A stretch of 62,125 bases of DNA, the filler included, from Nemertoderma westbladi (lineage: Eukaryota > Animalia > Xenacoelomorpha), in assembly GCA_032718475.1 (NCBI GenBank). It is 5 parts of 5 records of this genome, joined end to end, with 100 filler letters (N's around TTAATTAATTAA, not from the genome) between each part and the next. Parts side by side here need not be neighbours in the genome. Positions count along the whole stretch, not along the records: positions 23,204 to 33,065 come from JAUCBJ010006524.1; positions 33,166 to 42,942 come from JAUCBJ010000231.1; 3 more parts are not named here. The stretch is one strand, 5' to 3'. The position numbers were made by a program, and so were the translations under genes. Shown in pieces: positions 23,402 through 35,583 of the stretch. How positions within the stretch are numbered: the first letter of the stretch is position 1; each line of letters begins with the position of its first letter. Under the pieces are notes generated by a model. The model did not search any database. It saw only the letters and a list, made by a program, of their open reading frames with translations, and was not told the origin of the DNA.

Positions 23402-24630
23402 AATGGGATAATCTTCCACAGTAAACCATTCCACTCTGTTTCCTAAAGGAATGCCTATTCACCCCCACGGGTGATCTTCCAAAGTAAACCCTTCCACTCT
23501 GTTTCCTAAAGGAATGCCTGTTCACCACCATGGGTGATCTTCCACTGTAAACCCTTCCATTCTGTTCCCTAAAGGAATGCCTGTTCACCACCATGGGTGA
23601 TCGTCCACAATAAACCCTTCAACTCTGTTCCCTAAAGGAATCCCTGTTCACCACCATGGGTTATCTTCCACAGTGAACCCTTCCACTCCGTTTCCTTAAA
23701 GAATGCCTGTTCACCAACATGGGTGATCTTCCACAGTAACTCTTTCCACATGTTTCCTAAAGGAATGCCTGTTCACCACCTTTGGGTGATCCTCCAAAGT
23801 AAACCCTTCCACTCTGTTTCCTAAAGGAATGCCTGTTCACCACCATGGGTGATCTTCCACAGTAAACCCTTCCTCTCTGTTTCCTAAAGGAATGCCTGTT
23901 CACCACCATGGGTTATCTTCCACTTAAACCCTTCCACTCCGTTTCCTTAAGGAATGCCTGTTCACCACCATGGGTTATTTTCCACAGTAAACCCTTCCAC
24001 ATGTTTCCTAAAGGAAGGCCTGTTCACCCACCACCTTTGGGTGATCTTCCAAAGTAAACCCTTCCACTCTGTTTCCTAAAGGAATGCCTGTTCACCACCA
24101 TGGGTGATCTTCCACAGTAAACCCTTCCACTCTGTTTCCTAAAGGAATGCCTGTTCACCACCATGGGTTATCTTCCACAGTAAACTCTTCCACTCCGTTT
24201 CCTTAAGGAATGCCTGTTCACCACCATGGGTTATCTTCCACAGTAAACCCTTCCACATGTTTCCTAAAGGAATGCCTGTTCACCACCTTTGGGTGATCTT
24301 CCAAAGTAAACCCTTCCACTCTGTTCCTAAAGGAATGCCTGTTCACCACCATGGGTGATCTTCCACTGTAAACCCTTCCATTCTGTTCCCTAAAGGAATG
24401 CCTGTTCACCACCATGGGTGATCGTCCACAATAAACCCTTCAACTCTGTTCCCTAAAGGAATCCCTGTTCACCACCATGGGTTATCTTCCACAGTAAACC
24501 CTTCCACTCCGTTTCCTTAAGGAATGCCTGTTCACCACCATGGGTTATCTTCCACAGTAAACCCTTCCACTCCGTTTCCTTAAGGAATGCCTGTTCACCA
24601 CCATGGGTGATCTTCCACAGTAAACTCTGT
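23402..24630. repeat. 63-bp tandem satellite, ~19 copies
   Basis: Unit CCATGGGTGATCTTCCACAGTAAACCCTTCCACTCTGTTTCCTAAAGGAATGCCTGTTCACCA. Confidence 0.95.
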
Positions 24631-25004
24631 TTCCCAATTTGCCGTGGTTCTCATTTATCGTCCAATCAAATATGAAAGCCTCTGTTGAGATAGGCTGCAG
24701 CTGTGCAGCATTTTAATGCACTGTGCTGACAATGATATCCCATTGGGAATACAACCAAGGCTACCCGATGTAAGCCCATCATTGCCCCAGCTGATAATAT
24801 AATAATTTTGAACATTAAGATGGAAGGATACAGAATGTTCGGTAGCACCATGGTGCTAGCTTTAATACCTGTTAGTGGCTCAATTTTCGGAAAGAGTGGT
24901 GGCAAACATATACTAGTTAACATAAGTGCAGTACAGTACGATGTATTTATTAACTTACTGTAGTTACTAATATATTCCTTTATTAATTTTTATTTATTAT
25001 ATAG

Positions 25005-25714
25005 AAAATATTGGAAACATTTACGGTGGTTGTGGACCGACCTGGTACAAAACAGACTACAGACCGAAACCAGAATGTCGACCAGCCCCCATCCGGGCGG
25101 CAACGAGTTCGGGGAATCGGCGCAACAACCCGCACCCGCTGAACGAGTTCATGTCCTGGCGTTACTCCAGACGACAGCCAATCACAAGCCGGGAAATTAT
25201 TCCCAACCGATTTAATGTAGAAGATGATACAATCACTCGGGTCTTTAAATCGAAATTCCAGTCCACCTATCAGGGGGATTACACTGGCATCCCCATGGGA
25301 ACAGATATAACTTCGGCTTTTAAATTAACCAATCAGAGTAAAGGGGAAGATACACGAGGTTTTGATTTGACATCAACGGGATCTGCACACTACAAGGAGA
25401 GCCCAATGAGAATGAGATCATTTCCCTCGCTTCGCGGAAACACAGCCCGCTACGGCTGCAACAAAAACCTCGGGAGTGTCGCTGTTGGGGCCGTCCCGGG
25501 TGTGACGTCATCAGCCGTGTACCTAGACATGGTGCCGCTTACTACTTACAATGGCTACTATAGACATTCGTCTACCGTGAAGGCTGTGGGTAGAGATGAG
25601 GTGTTTCAGGCCAGTAAACTAAGGCAGTCGAACGCCAAAAATAGATTCCATAGTCGCCGCCCGGCGACAACTAAGCATGGCGGGATTTCTAACTGGGAAG
25701 GGCCTTTTGCTTAA
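25005..25714 (+). CDS. TEX26: Terminal exon of a TEX26-like (ciliary/testis) protein
   Basis: Acceptor ...TTATATAG at 25004. The frame reads TWYKTDY...IRAATSSGNRRNNPHPLNEFMSW...FQSTYQGDY...NTARYGCNKN...GAVPGV...TTYNGYY, resembling TEX26 blocks as recalled. Confidence 0.6.
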
Positions 25715-25834
25715 ATTATCATTTTAAAGTATAATAATGAAATATGTAATAAAAAAATGTATACAGTGTAAAGTAGTAAGTAATTTTATACAATCAATTG
25801 GAGTCAGTGCAGGTTTCTAGCCCCACTAATTTTT

Positions 25835-25977
25835 ATATTAATTCAGTTAAGAGGGTCTTCACCACAAGAAAAAATTGTTTATTTCACAGTATAGCTGTTT
25901 CACCTCACAGAGGCTCTTGTTAAAATATTATAAAATGAAATCGCCGGTGGTGAAGACCCTCTTAACTGAATTAATAT
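25835..25977. repeat. Small palindromic MITE-like element
   Basis: ATATTAATTCAGTTAAGAGGGTCTTCACCAC ... GTGGTGAAGACCCTCTTAACTGAATTAATAT (31-bp perfect IR). Confidence 0.8.
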
Positions 25978-26399
25978 GTTTTATACACCCCGAAAATTTC
26001 TTTCTACAGTATGTAGCAGCCAATTTTTTTAGAAACCCAATTCCAATGCCTAGCCTATTAATATTATAGTGAACCTATGTGTAAATGTAATAATAAACCT
26101 GAATAATGTAAATGCGGATTCTGATCTGGGCCTAAATATTAATAATAATAATAATATTTATGTTAACTGACTCCTGTATTATATTCATATTCATAAGGAA
26201 ATTGTAAATGCATAACATAATAATTTTAAACACATCAAAAGTAAGTATACAGTATAGTATTGCTGTTAATGATAGACAATATGTCCAATATTGAGTTTCA
26301 GAATACATCGCAGTTGTATTGTATATCAAATAATGTTAAATGGCTATCGTCTAGTCAATTAATCAATTCTCACTGCAGTTAATTAATTATATTGTCTTC

Positions 26400-29177
26400 C
26401 TACATATTCGTCTCGTCAACATAACGACCTAAATTTGATCGTATGGATGTTGATGGAGATGGTGGAGCCGTTCGAAGTGTTGTATTCGTCTCGTCGGTGT
26501 TAACGATAATCTCTCGGTTCCTCGATTTGCAAACAGTTCTTAAGAAAGAATAATAAAACTGTTTCGACATAAAACAATATAGAAAGAAGTTGATGGCCGA
26601 GTTTGATAGAGCTATCATGGTAGCTACACGTAGGAGAACCATCGTTACGGATGTTGGGTTGCTAAAGGAGGTCTCATCAGCATCACGCAGATCAGTAGAC
26701 GCTCGTAGTATATAATAAGGCAACCATAGCAACAGGAACGTCATGGCAACAGTTATCAACATCATGGTAGTTTTACGTTGACTTTGTTGGTAGTTGTGTT
26801 TAAGTTTAGACTTATTTAGTCTGTAACTGATCTTTCGAATTGTTTTTATGGTTTCACAATCTTGAGTAACAGTAATTAATGGTAGATCTGCTGTCTGGGA
26901 TTCTTTGTTTGGATGGCCCTCGTGTTGTTTTCCGCTTGCCTTGAGAGCGTGTTCTTTTTTTTTATTGTTGGTTGTCATTATGAAGCGTGTCATGGAACTG
27001 ATATGTAACTGGCGTACCATTAAAGCGTTACAAACTAAAATAACTACAACAGGTACTACGAATATAACGATGAGATTCAGGTACATCATGGTGGTGTATA
27101 TGGCGCCGGCCACCCAGCTAGTTATCGGCTGACATTCCGCGCGGTAGACCACTGTACCATCAGATAGGCTCACTTCCTTGAGTTGAAGTCCGTCTGTCCA
27201 TCCAAATGGTAGCGCTAAACTGATGGACAACACGTACACCGCACAAATCGACTTACGGGCTGTGGGAATATAAATAGTATAGTATATAAATTACGTATAT
27301 AAAAATTAATTAATATATAAATAAGTATAAATAAGTATATATATATATATAAATATATATAAAATATATATACAAATAAGTATATATATATAAATAAGTA
27401 TAAATAAGTATATATATATAAATAAGTATAAATAAGTATATATATATAAATAAGTATAAATAAGTATATATAAATAAGTATATATAAATAAGTATATATA
27501 AATAAGTATAAATAAGTATATATAAATAAGTATAAATAAGTATATATAAATAAGTATAAATAAGTATATATAAATAAGTATAAATAAGTATATATAAATA
27601 AGTATAAATAAGTATATATAAATAAGTATAAATAGTATATATAAATAAGTATAAATAAGTATATATAAATAAGTATAAATAAGTATATATAAATAAGTAT
27701 AAATAAGTATATATAAATAAGTATAAATAAGTATATATAAATAATTAAGTATATAAATTATTATAAATATAAATTATCAGTAACTGGAGTTGAACTGTTA
27801 ATGCAACTGTAATTAATGATTTAGTATTATGGATTTCTTCAGAAATTTCTTCTCATTATTTAAATTTCTGAACAAAACAATAATATTACACTATGTAATA
27901 ATAAATTAATAATATTATTGATTTGATTGATTATTTTCTTAATTAGTGAGACAAACCTTTAGATACAGTGCACCAAGACCTTCTGTACAGCGGGAAACAA
28001 ACAGCGATGTAGCGTTCCAAACTGAATGCAACAACCAACCATACGCTGGTGTTTATACCAATATACTGAACGACATGAATTAAAGGGCACCAATAACCAT
28101 ACAGCCACATGTAATCCTTGACATACTAAACAAATACAATAAACGTAAATATATAACTATATACTTATTTTATTATTTATTTGTTGTAATTTATAATTTA
28201 TAATCTTTATTCTTAATTTTATCAGGATACAGATCCAATCCATCCGTAAAGGCGGTATTATAAAATAACTATTTACAAACTTGTGTGTAAAGTAGCACTT
28301 TACAGTGTGATGATCCGAGTGGCTTTGTTACACGAACGAACGTTAGTGAGTGAGTGAAAATAAAGCCACGAGGATCAGAACACTGTAAAGTACTTTGCAA
28401 CAAGTATGTATGTAGTTTTATTCCAAAATTTTAACATTACGAAATTATTGTACTGTACATATACTGTACATTATAAGTGATAGAAACTGCACAAATTATA
28501 TTTAGTTGCTGTATAAATAAATGTAAAAATTACATAGTAAATTATGTCATAAATAAGTTAGTTTATATTTATTATGGCGTTTGGAGCCATGTTAACAGTT
28601 TATAGCTACTAGTTATTAATAGCTACCGGTAGGTAATGTTGTAGACCTATCTGGCTGTCAGGCAATTAATTATAAATGCCACCTGTTGTTAACGTGGTAA
28701 CCAATGACGCCTTAATTTTACAGTTCGCCGTCATTGGTTACCACATAAACAAGGGACGTTACAACACTAATACAATATTAAATGTACAGGCCAAATACAA
28801 TGCTGTAATGTCCTCTAAAGTTGTAAAGTGCTAAATAACAACTCGCTGTTAATACTGTACTAACGGCTTTGAGTAATGTTACAATTTTGGAATAAAGTTT
28901 AATTATATATTATATTACATAATTTGTTTAATTAAATTAAATTCTAAGAATAAAAACATAAATAAATATTAGGCGACTCACTTCCACAATAATGCAATCG
29001 ATTCCAACCAACAAAACCATGACCGTCAGGTCTGAGAACGCCAAAGCTAGTAGGTAATGATTACTCGTTAGGTGGCGCAACTTCTGGTTCATTGATATGG
29101 TAATAATGGTAAATATATTACCTGGAAAATAAACGATTACTGTTATTGACAATATGGTATGCCACAAATATTTTCAT
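26400..29177 (-). CDS. Rhodopsin-class peptide GPCR (TRH/FMRFamide-receptor-like); exons ~29177 or 29121-28982, 28125-27957 and 27259-26400
   Basis: GN in TM1, LAFSD in TM2, ERYIAVCFP (DRY equivalent), FLLLWLPY in TM6 and [10 protein letters not shown] in TM7. GT-AG introns have compatible phases (0 and 1). The 5' end is uncertain. Confidence 0.88.
27310..27770. repeat. AT-rich intronic minisatellite (ATAAATAAGTAT)n
   Basis: Visible low-complexity periodicity. Confidence 0.9.
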
Positions 29178-29656
29178 CCTTAAAAAAAATATATAAATAA
29201 TAATTCAACCTTTTAGCAATTTTATTAATATGATAAATGTAGGCCTATAGACTTTTCTATTCGGCATATGATACAGTAGGATGGAAATCAAATTTTGACA
29301 ATTTCCAAAATAGGGGGTGCTACCCCACCACCCTTTAACTTTACTTTATTGAGCCTTGTACCAATATCTGTAGATATATCTTTAATTGCAAATTATTTTT
29401 ACCCGTCACCAAAATAGAACAAAAGTACCTAAGAGATACATACCTAAAGATTAAGAAATATATAGAGGATGATAATACTGTAGGATGAACTTTTTTTTAT
29501 TGAACAGAAAAGGAAAAGAAGGTCGGACGCCACCGAGATGATTTATAATACCGTAATAAATGTAATGTAAACGGTAATGATAACAGGAAATGGTATCAAT
29601 AGGTAATGCAATGCTATTGTTACATTTTACACATATTATATATACTTTATATGTAC

Positions 29657-29800
29657 AGTGTTCTTTAAGATGCGTCTCAACAAAGTCATGGCCTGGCTGG
29701 CACCATGCCTATTCGTTCCATGAGGCTGCCAAAGCACAAGATTATGCACTGGCTAGTCATCACGGCGAAAGCAATGTCCTGCAGAGCGGAAGCGGTTCCG
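29657..29800 (-). mobile_element. Diverged fragment of the RTE family seen at 58242 and 61097
   Basis: The reverse complement matches CCGCTTTGCAGGACATTGCTTTCGCCGTGA...GACGCATCTTAAAG. Confidence 0.7.
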
Positions 29801-29959
29801 TTCAATACAATTTTGATGAAATAAAGGTTTTCGAGGACGCTGATCACGACAACACTTGTCAAAAATATTTCCTGAAAATACCACCCGCTGTGGCTCCAGT
29901 TCCACCCTTCCACCAGTTTGGGCCCGTAGGTCTATTGCGATAATAATCCTCGGCTACGC

Positions 29960-32120
29960 TTTCCATGAGTTGGTTGCCAGAAAAGTAGATCTGGTATGAC
30001 CTCGTCTTTACTTCGCCAGCAGTGCCCACTGAATCTTAATCTGCGTTCACGGAGCGAGGGTGGTTGATACAGGTGGTATTGTACCATAAAGCTCGGCATT
30101 TGTCATGTGTTGTCTCCAGCTGATGTTTAGGGCTGCCCTTAGTACTCTTGTGTAGAAACCATCAATTCGTTGTTCAAGTGATTTAGTCAGTGTCCATGTC
30201 TCACCCCCGTATAAAAATACACTTTCCACTGTGGCTCGAAAGAACTTAGTCTTCAGCTGCCTGGAGAGATCTGATTTCCAGATGGTATCCATTTTTGATA
30301 GAGCTACCAAAGCCTTTGCTTTCCTAACTTCTATGTCCTTTTTGATACTCTCTATCCATGATCCAATGTACTGGAAGTCATTGACCTTCCTTAGTTGATT
30401 ATTATCAATGGTTGTCAAGTTTCCATCAACATTAAAGGTCATGAATTCGGTCTTGGAAGCGTTTATATGCAATCCAACCTCCTCAGCAGCCCTCTCCACT
30501 TTATTTAGTAGAAGCTGTACATCTGCTAGCCTATTAGAGAACAGGGCGATGTCATCCGCGAAGTCGGTTTCTGTGACTGTAGTTGCCTGATATCTACTAC
30601 TTCTGCGTTCTTGAAGTGTGAATCGCAGATCTTCACCCTTTGTGGCCGTCCTCATTGCGTAAAAGTTAAAGTAAAAAAGTTAAAGTTTATCTCTTTTATT
30701 CATTAAAACTCATAGTTATGATAAATAACACATGAGGCAGTCTACATTAAGAGTAGACTGATAATCAAAATGAATAAGCGTCGTAGGGCCAAGGTGTTGC
30801 TTCGCAGCACCTGTACGTACAGTATGTAAGCTACTATAAAGTAATATACTTAAATTCAAGCTAACCAATTATAGCACAAACAAATTATAATAACTGAATA
30901 AAACATATGTAAATTTATATTAGCATCTATCCGTTAAGTTACCTCTTCCCTTGCATATTTGGTTTGGTATATTTTCCATAATTTCGCCTTGAATATTAAT
31001 AATGAAGCAGCACCCGATACATTTAACGGTAGCTTATTCCATAATTTTATGAGAGATACTATGAGGCTGTCATGGCCGTGTTTGTTTTTCGTTTTAGGTA
31101 TGACTATATTGTTAGTGCGTTGGTTAATTTTCTGATTTTTGTTTGAATGAAAGGGTAAGTTTAAATTTTGGTAGGGCTTAGATATGTTATGTATGTATTT
31201 GTAAAAATAAATTAAAGCGAAATATTCTCGTTGGGCAGATAATAATGGGACCTTAGCTTTTTGTCGAAGTTCTGTACCTGTCGTGTCCCTTATTTTTTCT
31301 CCAAATATTAAGCGAAGTGCATAATTTTGTACCTTTTCAAATTTATACAGTATGTCCTTGTAACCATGTTTGCCATGTAATGATACCATTAATTGACTAC
31401 AGTAGTTATGATATGGTAATGTTAGAGCTTTGTATATATTTAATTTGGTTCTATTAGTTAATTAATTGCCCCTTAATTCTGCCTAAACTAGAAATGCTCA
31501 AGGTCATCTTTTGTAATATATTATCTATATAATTCTTCCATTGCAATTTGTTATCTATCCAATCTAATCCAGTACAATTACAAATAGTAATGGTGCTAAT
31601 GTGTCACCATGCAGTACGCCAGCCAGGATTGAGAAACACTCAGTTTCACCATCTGGTGAGAGTACCTGTGCTTCTGTGTCACAATATAACAATCCAATGC
31701 CTGCAACAATTACTTCTGGTATTCCATAAGCTCTTAGGATTTCAAGCATTTTACCTCTATGGATGGAGTCGAATGCCTTCTTGAAGTCCACAAAAGTCAT
31801 GACTGCGGGGAGATTCTTTGACTTAATTCCTTCAATCAGTCTCCGTAGTGCAAGTATCTGAACTATTGTTGATCTACTTGGTCGAAATCCGTTTTGGCTC
31901 TTACGTAGTAGTTTCTCTATGTGAGGCCTAATCCTATATAGAATCATTTTATTGTATATTTTGGCAGCTACCACAAGCAGACAGATCCCACGATAGTTTG
32001 TTGGCATGCCGAGGTCTCCTTTCTTGGGGAGAGGCTTTAGTTGACCTTTAGTCCAAATTGGTGGTGGCTTTTCCCCTTTTAACATCTGGTTGCAAACATT
32101 CAATAATGGTCTGTTTAGGT
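29960..32120 (-). pseudogene. RTE-clade LINE reverse transcriptase split by a nested insertion (RT pieces ~31564-32120 and ~29960-30660)
   Basis: PKKGDL, NYRGICL, QNGFR, FVDFKKAFDSI, GVLHGDTLAP and FADD. The frame VIVLD|YAMRTAT rejoins across 31563/30660. Confidence 0.9.
30662..31562 (-). mobile_element. 3' end of a CR1/L2-like LINE nested in the RTE copy
   Basis: ORF 30934-31389 reads QNYALRLI...KLWNKLP...SLLIFKAKL, a typical CR1/L2 ORF2 C-terminus, followed by a 3' UTR. Confidence 0.7.
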
Positions 32121-32361
32121 GGGGGGGGGGGGGGGGGGGGGGGTTCTCCCAGTCATAGTTGATTTGGTTGCTTGTCCTGGGTTTGCTAGCTCTCAAACTG
32201 AGTCGGGTCACAATTCTGTGGTCCGAACCAATTAGGTTGAACGAGCTGTATGCCTCGCAGTTGAATGATAACAGTAATGATAACAGTAAATGGTATCAAT
32301 AGGTAATGCAATGCTATTGTTACATTTACACACATATTATATATATATAAATATATGTATG

Positions 32362-32422
<61 letters not shown>

Positions 32423-32423
32423 T

Positions 32424-33065
32424 ATGCGATTTAATAGAATCCTATTGTATAGCTTTGCAGCAATCGAGATCAATGAGATTCCCCGAAAAGAACCATAGAG
32501 TGTTAGGTTGCCCTTCTTGGGAACTGGCACCAACTTATTTGTTTTCATTTCTTGTGGGACTCTTGTTGTTCGGTACATGTCTACTATGATGGGATAGATG
32601 AGCTTTAAACACTCAGGTATTTTAAAGACCTCAGGGGGAACACCATCTACTCCACTGGCACGATTGGTCTTAATACTCTTTGCAGCAGCCTTCACTTCTG
32701 CAAAGGAGATATCGCCAATGGGAATATCTGGGAGTACAGACTCCTCAGACACTTTTACTTCTATAAAGTTATCAGGCAATACCCTGTCATTATTGAGGAG
32801 CTTTTCAAAGTGGGCTTTCCAACCATTGAGGCGATCGGCTGGAGATTCAGCCTTAACCTTGGTGGTTGGTTGGCTTTTCCGCCCAGTAAGCAGATTGATC
32901 GATTTCCATGCCTGGGATGATTGCCTGCTGTCGTCAGCATCATTGATGGCATCAACCTGTTGGTTTATTAGCTCCTGTAGATTAGCAGAGTACTGCCTGT
33001 TCAGGGACCTAGATGCAGCCTTAACTGCATTCTTGGCTGCTGTAGTCTGTTTGAGCCGGGACTCT
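32424..33065 (-). pseudogene. Second RTE-like ORF2 fragment, truncated at a (TA)n run and at the contig end
   Basis: RASGVDGVPPEVFK, VPVPKKGNL and FRGISLISIAAKLYNRILLNRI. Confidence 0.85.
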
Positions 33066-33528
33066 NNNNNNNNNNNNNNNNNNNNNNNNNNNNNNNNNNN
33101 NNNNNNNNNTTAATTAATTAANNNNNNNNNNNNNNNNNNNNNNNNNNNNNNNNNNNNNNNNNNNNTAGTTGAAGCATTGCGTTCGGACAATCAAACATGC
33201 TACGCAAGGACGCTTTGACGGAGGGCTTCCAAGGAGATTGGCTGGAATTTATCTACATAGAGTAATGTAGCATTGCTGACGTAGGTCCTCTACATGATCA
33301 ATATCAATGATACAATTATTAAAAATTACTGTTTAATAAAAGTAGCGTGACATTTTTAAACGTGTTTTTAAACGTTTTTAAAATTTTTAAACATTTTTAC
33401 GTGATCCCAGGAGGATATCGTAATTTGGAACAGAAAATAACAAGTAGTGCGATTTCAAAAACATTATTGGTTATGTCTGGAACGTTTCGTATAATAATAA
33501 TATACTGAATATGTTTGCCGGTATTACT

Positions 33529-34046
33529 ATTGGACGGATCCATCATGGATGAACCTTATTTCTCGCGCGTGTTTGTTTGTTTGTTTGTACACACAACTTC
33601 TTGTACTTAATGTTGATGGATTTGGATGGAACTTTGATGATAGGTTTATTATCGGACCTGTTGTGTATGCAGGGTTTTGGTTGCGAGGGAACTGTTGGTT
33701 GCCTAGCAACAGTTAAATAAATTCTAGAATGACCGATCATTTTCGTAGAATTCACTCAATCAAAATTCTGTTGACACCCCATATGTTGACCACCACATCT
33801 ATTGTTCAGACTTTCTGGAAAATTTCGCTTTATTTCGCTTAGAATTGTAGAAGATACAATTTTTACAAACAGTGTTTTTTTTTTAAATACAATATATACT
33901 ACTATTGTGTACTTTTCCCAATGTTTCGCTTTGCGTTTTTCGTTATTAGGCTTCCTGCCCTGCATAGGCGAGTAAATTATTACAACAACAATATTTATAG
34001 CAATGGATCCGTCTATTATTGCCAGCTCTCGGCTGGCAAGCTTGTA
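33529..34046 (+). mobile_element. HINE/DINE-1-like element inserted into the centre of a palindromic MITE (arms ~33420-33494 and ~34048-34123)
   Basis: SubTIRs GACGGATCCAT/ATGGATCCGTC, (GTTT)n microsatellite and 3' hairpin TTGCCAGC-TCTCG-GCTGGCAA. The flanks are imperfect inverted repeats of each other. Confidence 0.6.
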
Positions 34047-34995
34047 TATTTATGAAACGTTCCGGATTTAACAATTACGTTTTTCGCAAATCGCACTACT
34101 TGTTCTTTTCTGTTACAAATTACTTAATTATTTGTCAATCCTTCCATCTTAGTTGCACCTTCTTGCGCAGCAGTGATTTAAATAATATATAGTTTTTTTT
34201 TAAACCAGGATTACACGGATATACAGTAAGCGCAGTTGGGCGACATGCTATTGCCCAACTGAACTTACAATTACTGAATCCCTAAATTGTATGTGGATGT
34301 GCTATTATATTATAGTATATCAAACCTCATGTGCAATTATTGTAATATTATATGACAGGCTATGGAAGAAATAAACAATTGAATTGAATATACTTCTTGT
34401 TTTATATTCTTAAATTGTTACTTTTTCGCTCGAATACATAATATACCCCCAAAATCGAGAGAAAGAATGAGTACTTTTTTCCCAAAGGAAAAAAAGTAAC
34501 CCCATAAAATTCCATTGATTTACTTTTCCCGGAGAAAAAAGTAAAACAAAATATTTTTGGTGGAATTACTTAAGGGTATTTTTTTCACTATTCTCGAGGC
34601 ACTTAATTTACCGAGCGCCAGCGAGGTTAATAAAGGGTCTAGGTTTTACATTTTCCCATGAATATAATAATAATTATACTGCTCCAGCAATGTGTAAACA
34701 AAAAGCGAGAATCAATGATAAACTTCTTTATATCAATTTTTTTGACATATTTCCCTTTCTTGACAAGCACCCCCCACCCCCCCCACCTTTCTGTAAAGCT
34801 CATAATTAAACAAAATCATCAAAAAATCTCCTTTAGGACTGAGGAATCAAATATGCTTTGGTTTTGTTTTAACATTATCATGTGATTTTAATCGGGAAAC
34901 TCCGAGTTAATTATATAAATTATATTGAACATACAAAAGCGATCATTAAGGAAACACTAAACACGAATATTATAAATTAATTGGCATAATAAATC

Positions 34996-35552
34996 GTGAC
35001 CAAAGAGCCAGAACAACACTCACCAAAAAATGTGGTTTCGAGAAAAATGCAAAAAACCTTCTCATTTCCCTCTATATGGATCCCGTCTCCTAATTTTTTC
35101 GACAGAGGTCTGGGAAAATACAATGATACATTTTATAATAGTGGCTAGCATTCAGAATAAATTTTGTTAATGAAAAAAACTGTTTTTTTCGTTATTTTCC
35201 AAAGAGACAAAACAACACATACTGAAATTTAACATTAACTCTAGTCTGTGTGTGTTGTTTTACCTCTAGGATTTTATCACAGAAACATAAGAACTCACGT
35301 CATTCCTCGACTATTGAATGGTGTTTTTCCTGGCAAAGTATGATAGGGGAAAGTGTGGTATGTGTTGTTTTACCTCTAAAAGTTTTCAACTTATATGTTG
35401 TGTGGGTTGTTCTGGTTTTCCATATCTCCTAAACGAACTGACATACAAGTCTAGGATTTTAACATAAGATGTAGAACGCCATCTTGAGTAATTTTGGTGA
35501 AAAATTTTTTTTTGAAAAATTGTTGTATGTGTTGTTCTGGCTCTATGGTCAC
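34996..35552. mobile_element. MITE immediately downstream of the CCDC22 stop
   Basis: GTGACCAAAGAGCCAGAACAACAC ... GTGTTGTTCTGGCTCTATGGTCAC inverted ends. Confidence 0.7.
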
Positions 35553-35583
35553 TAAATAATGAATAACTAGACCAAAAGGCTAA

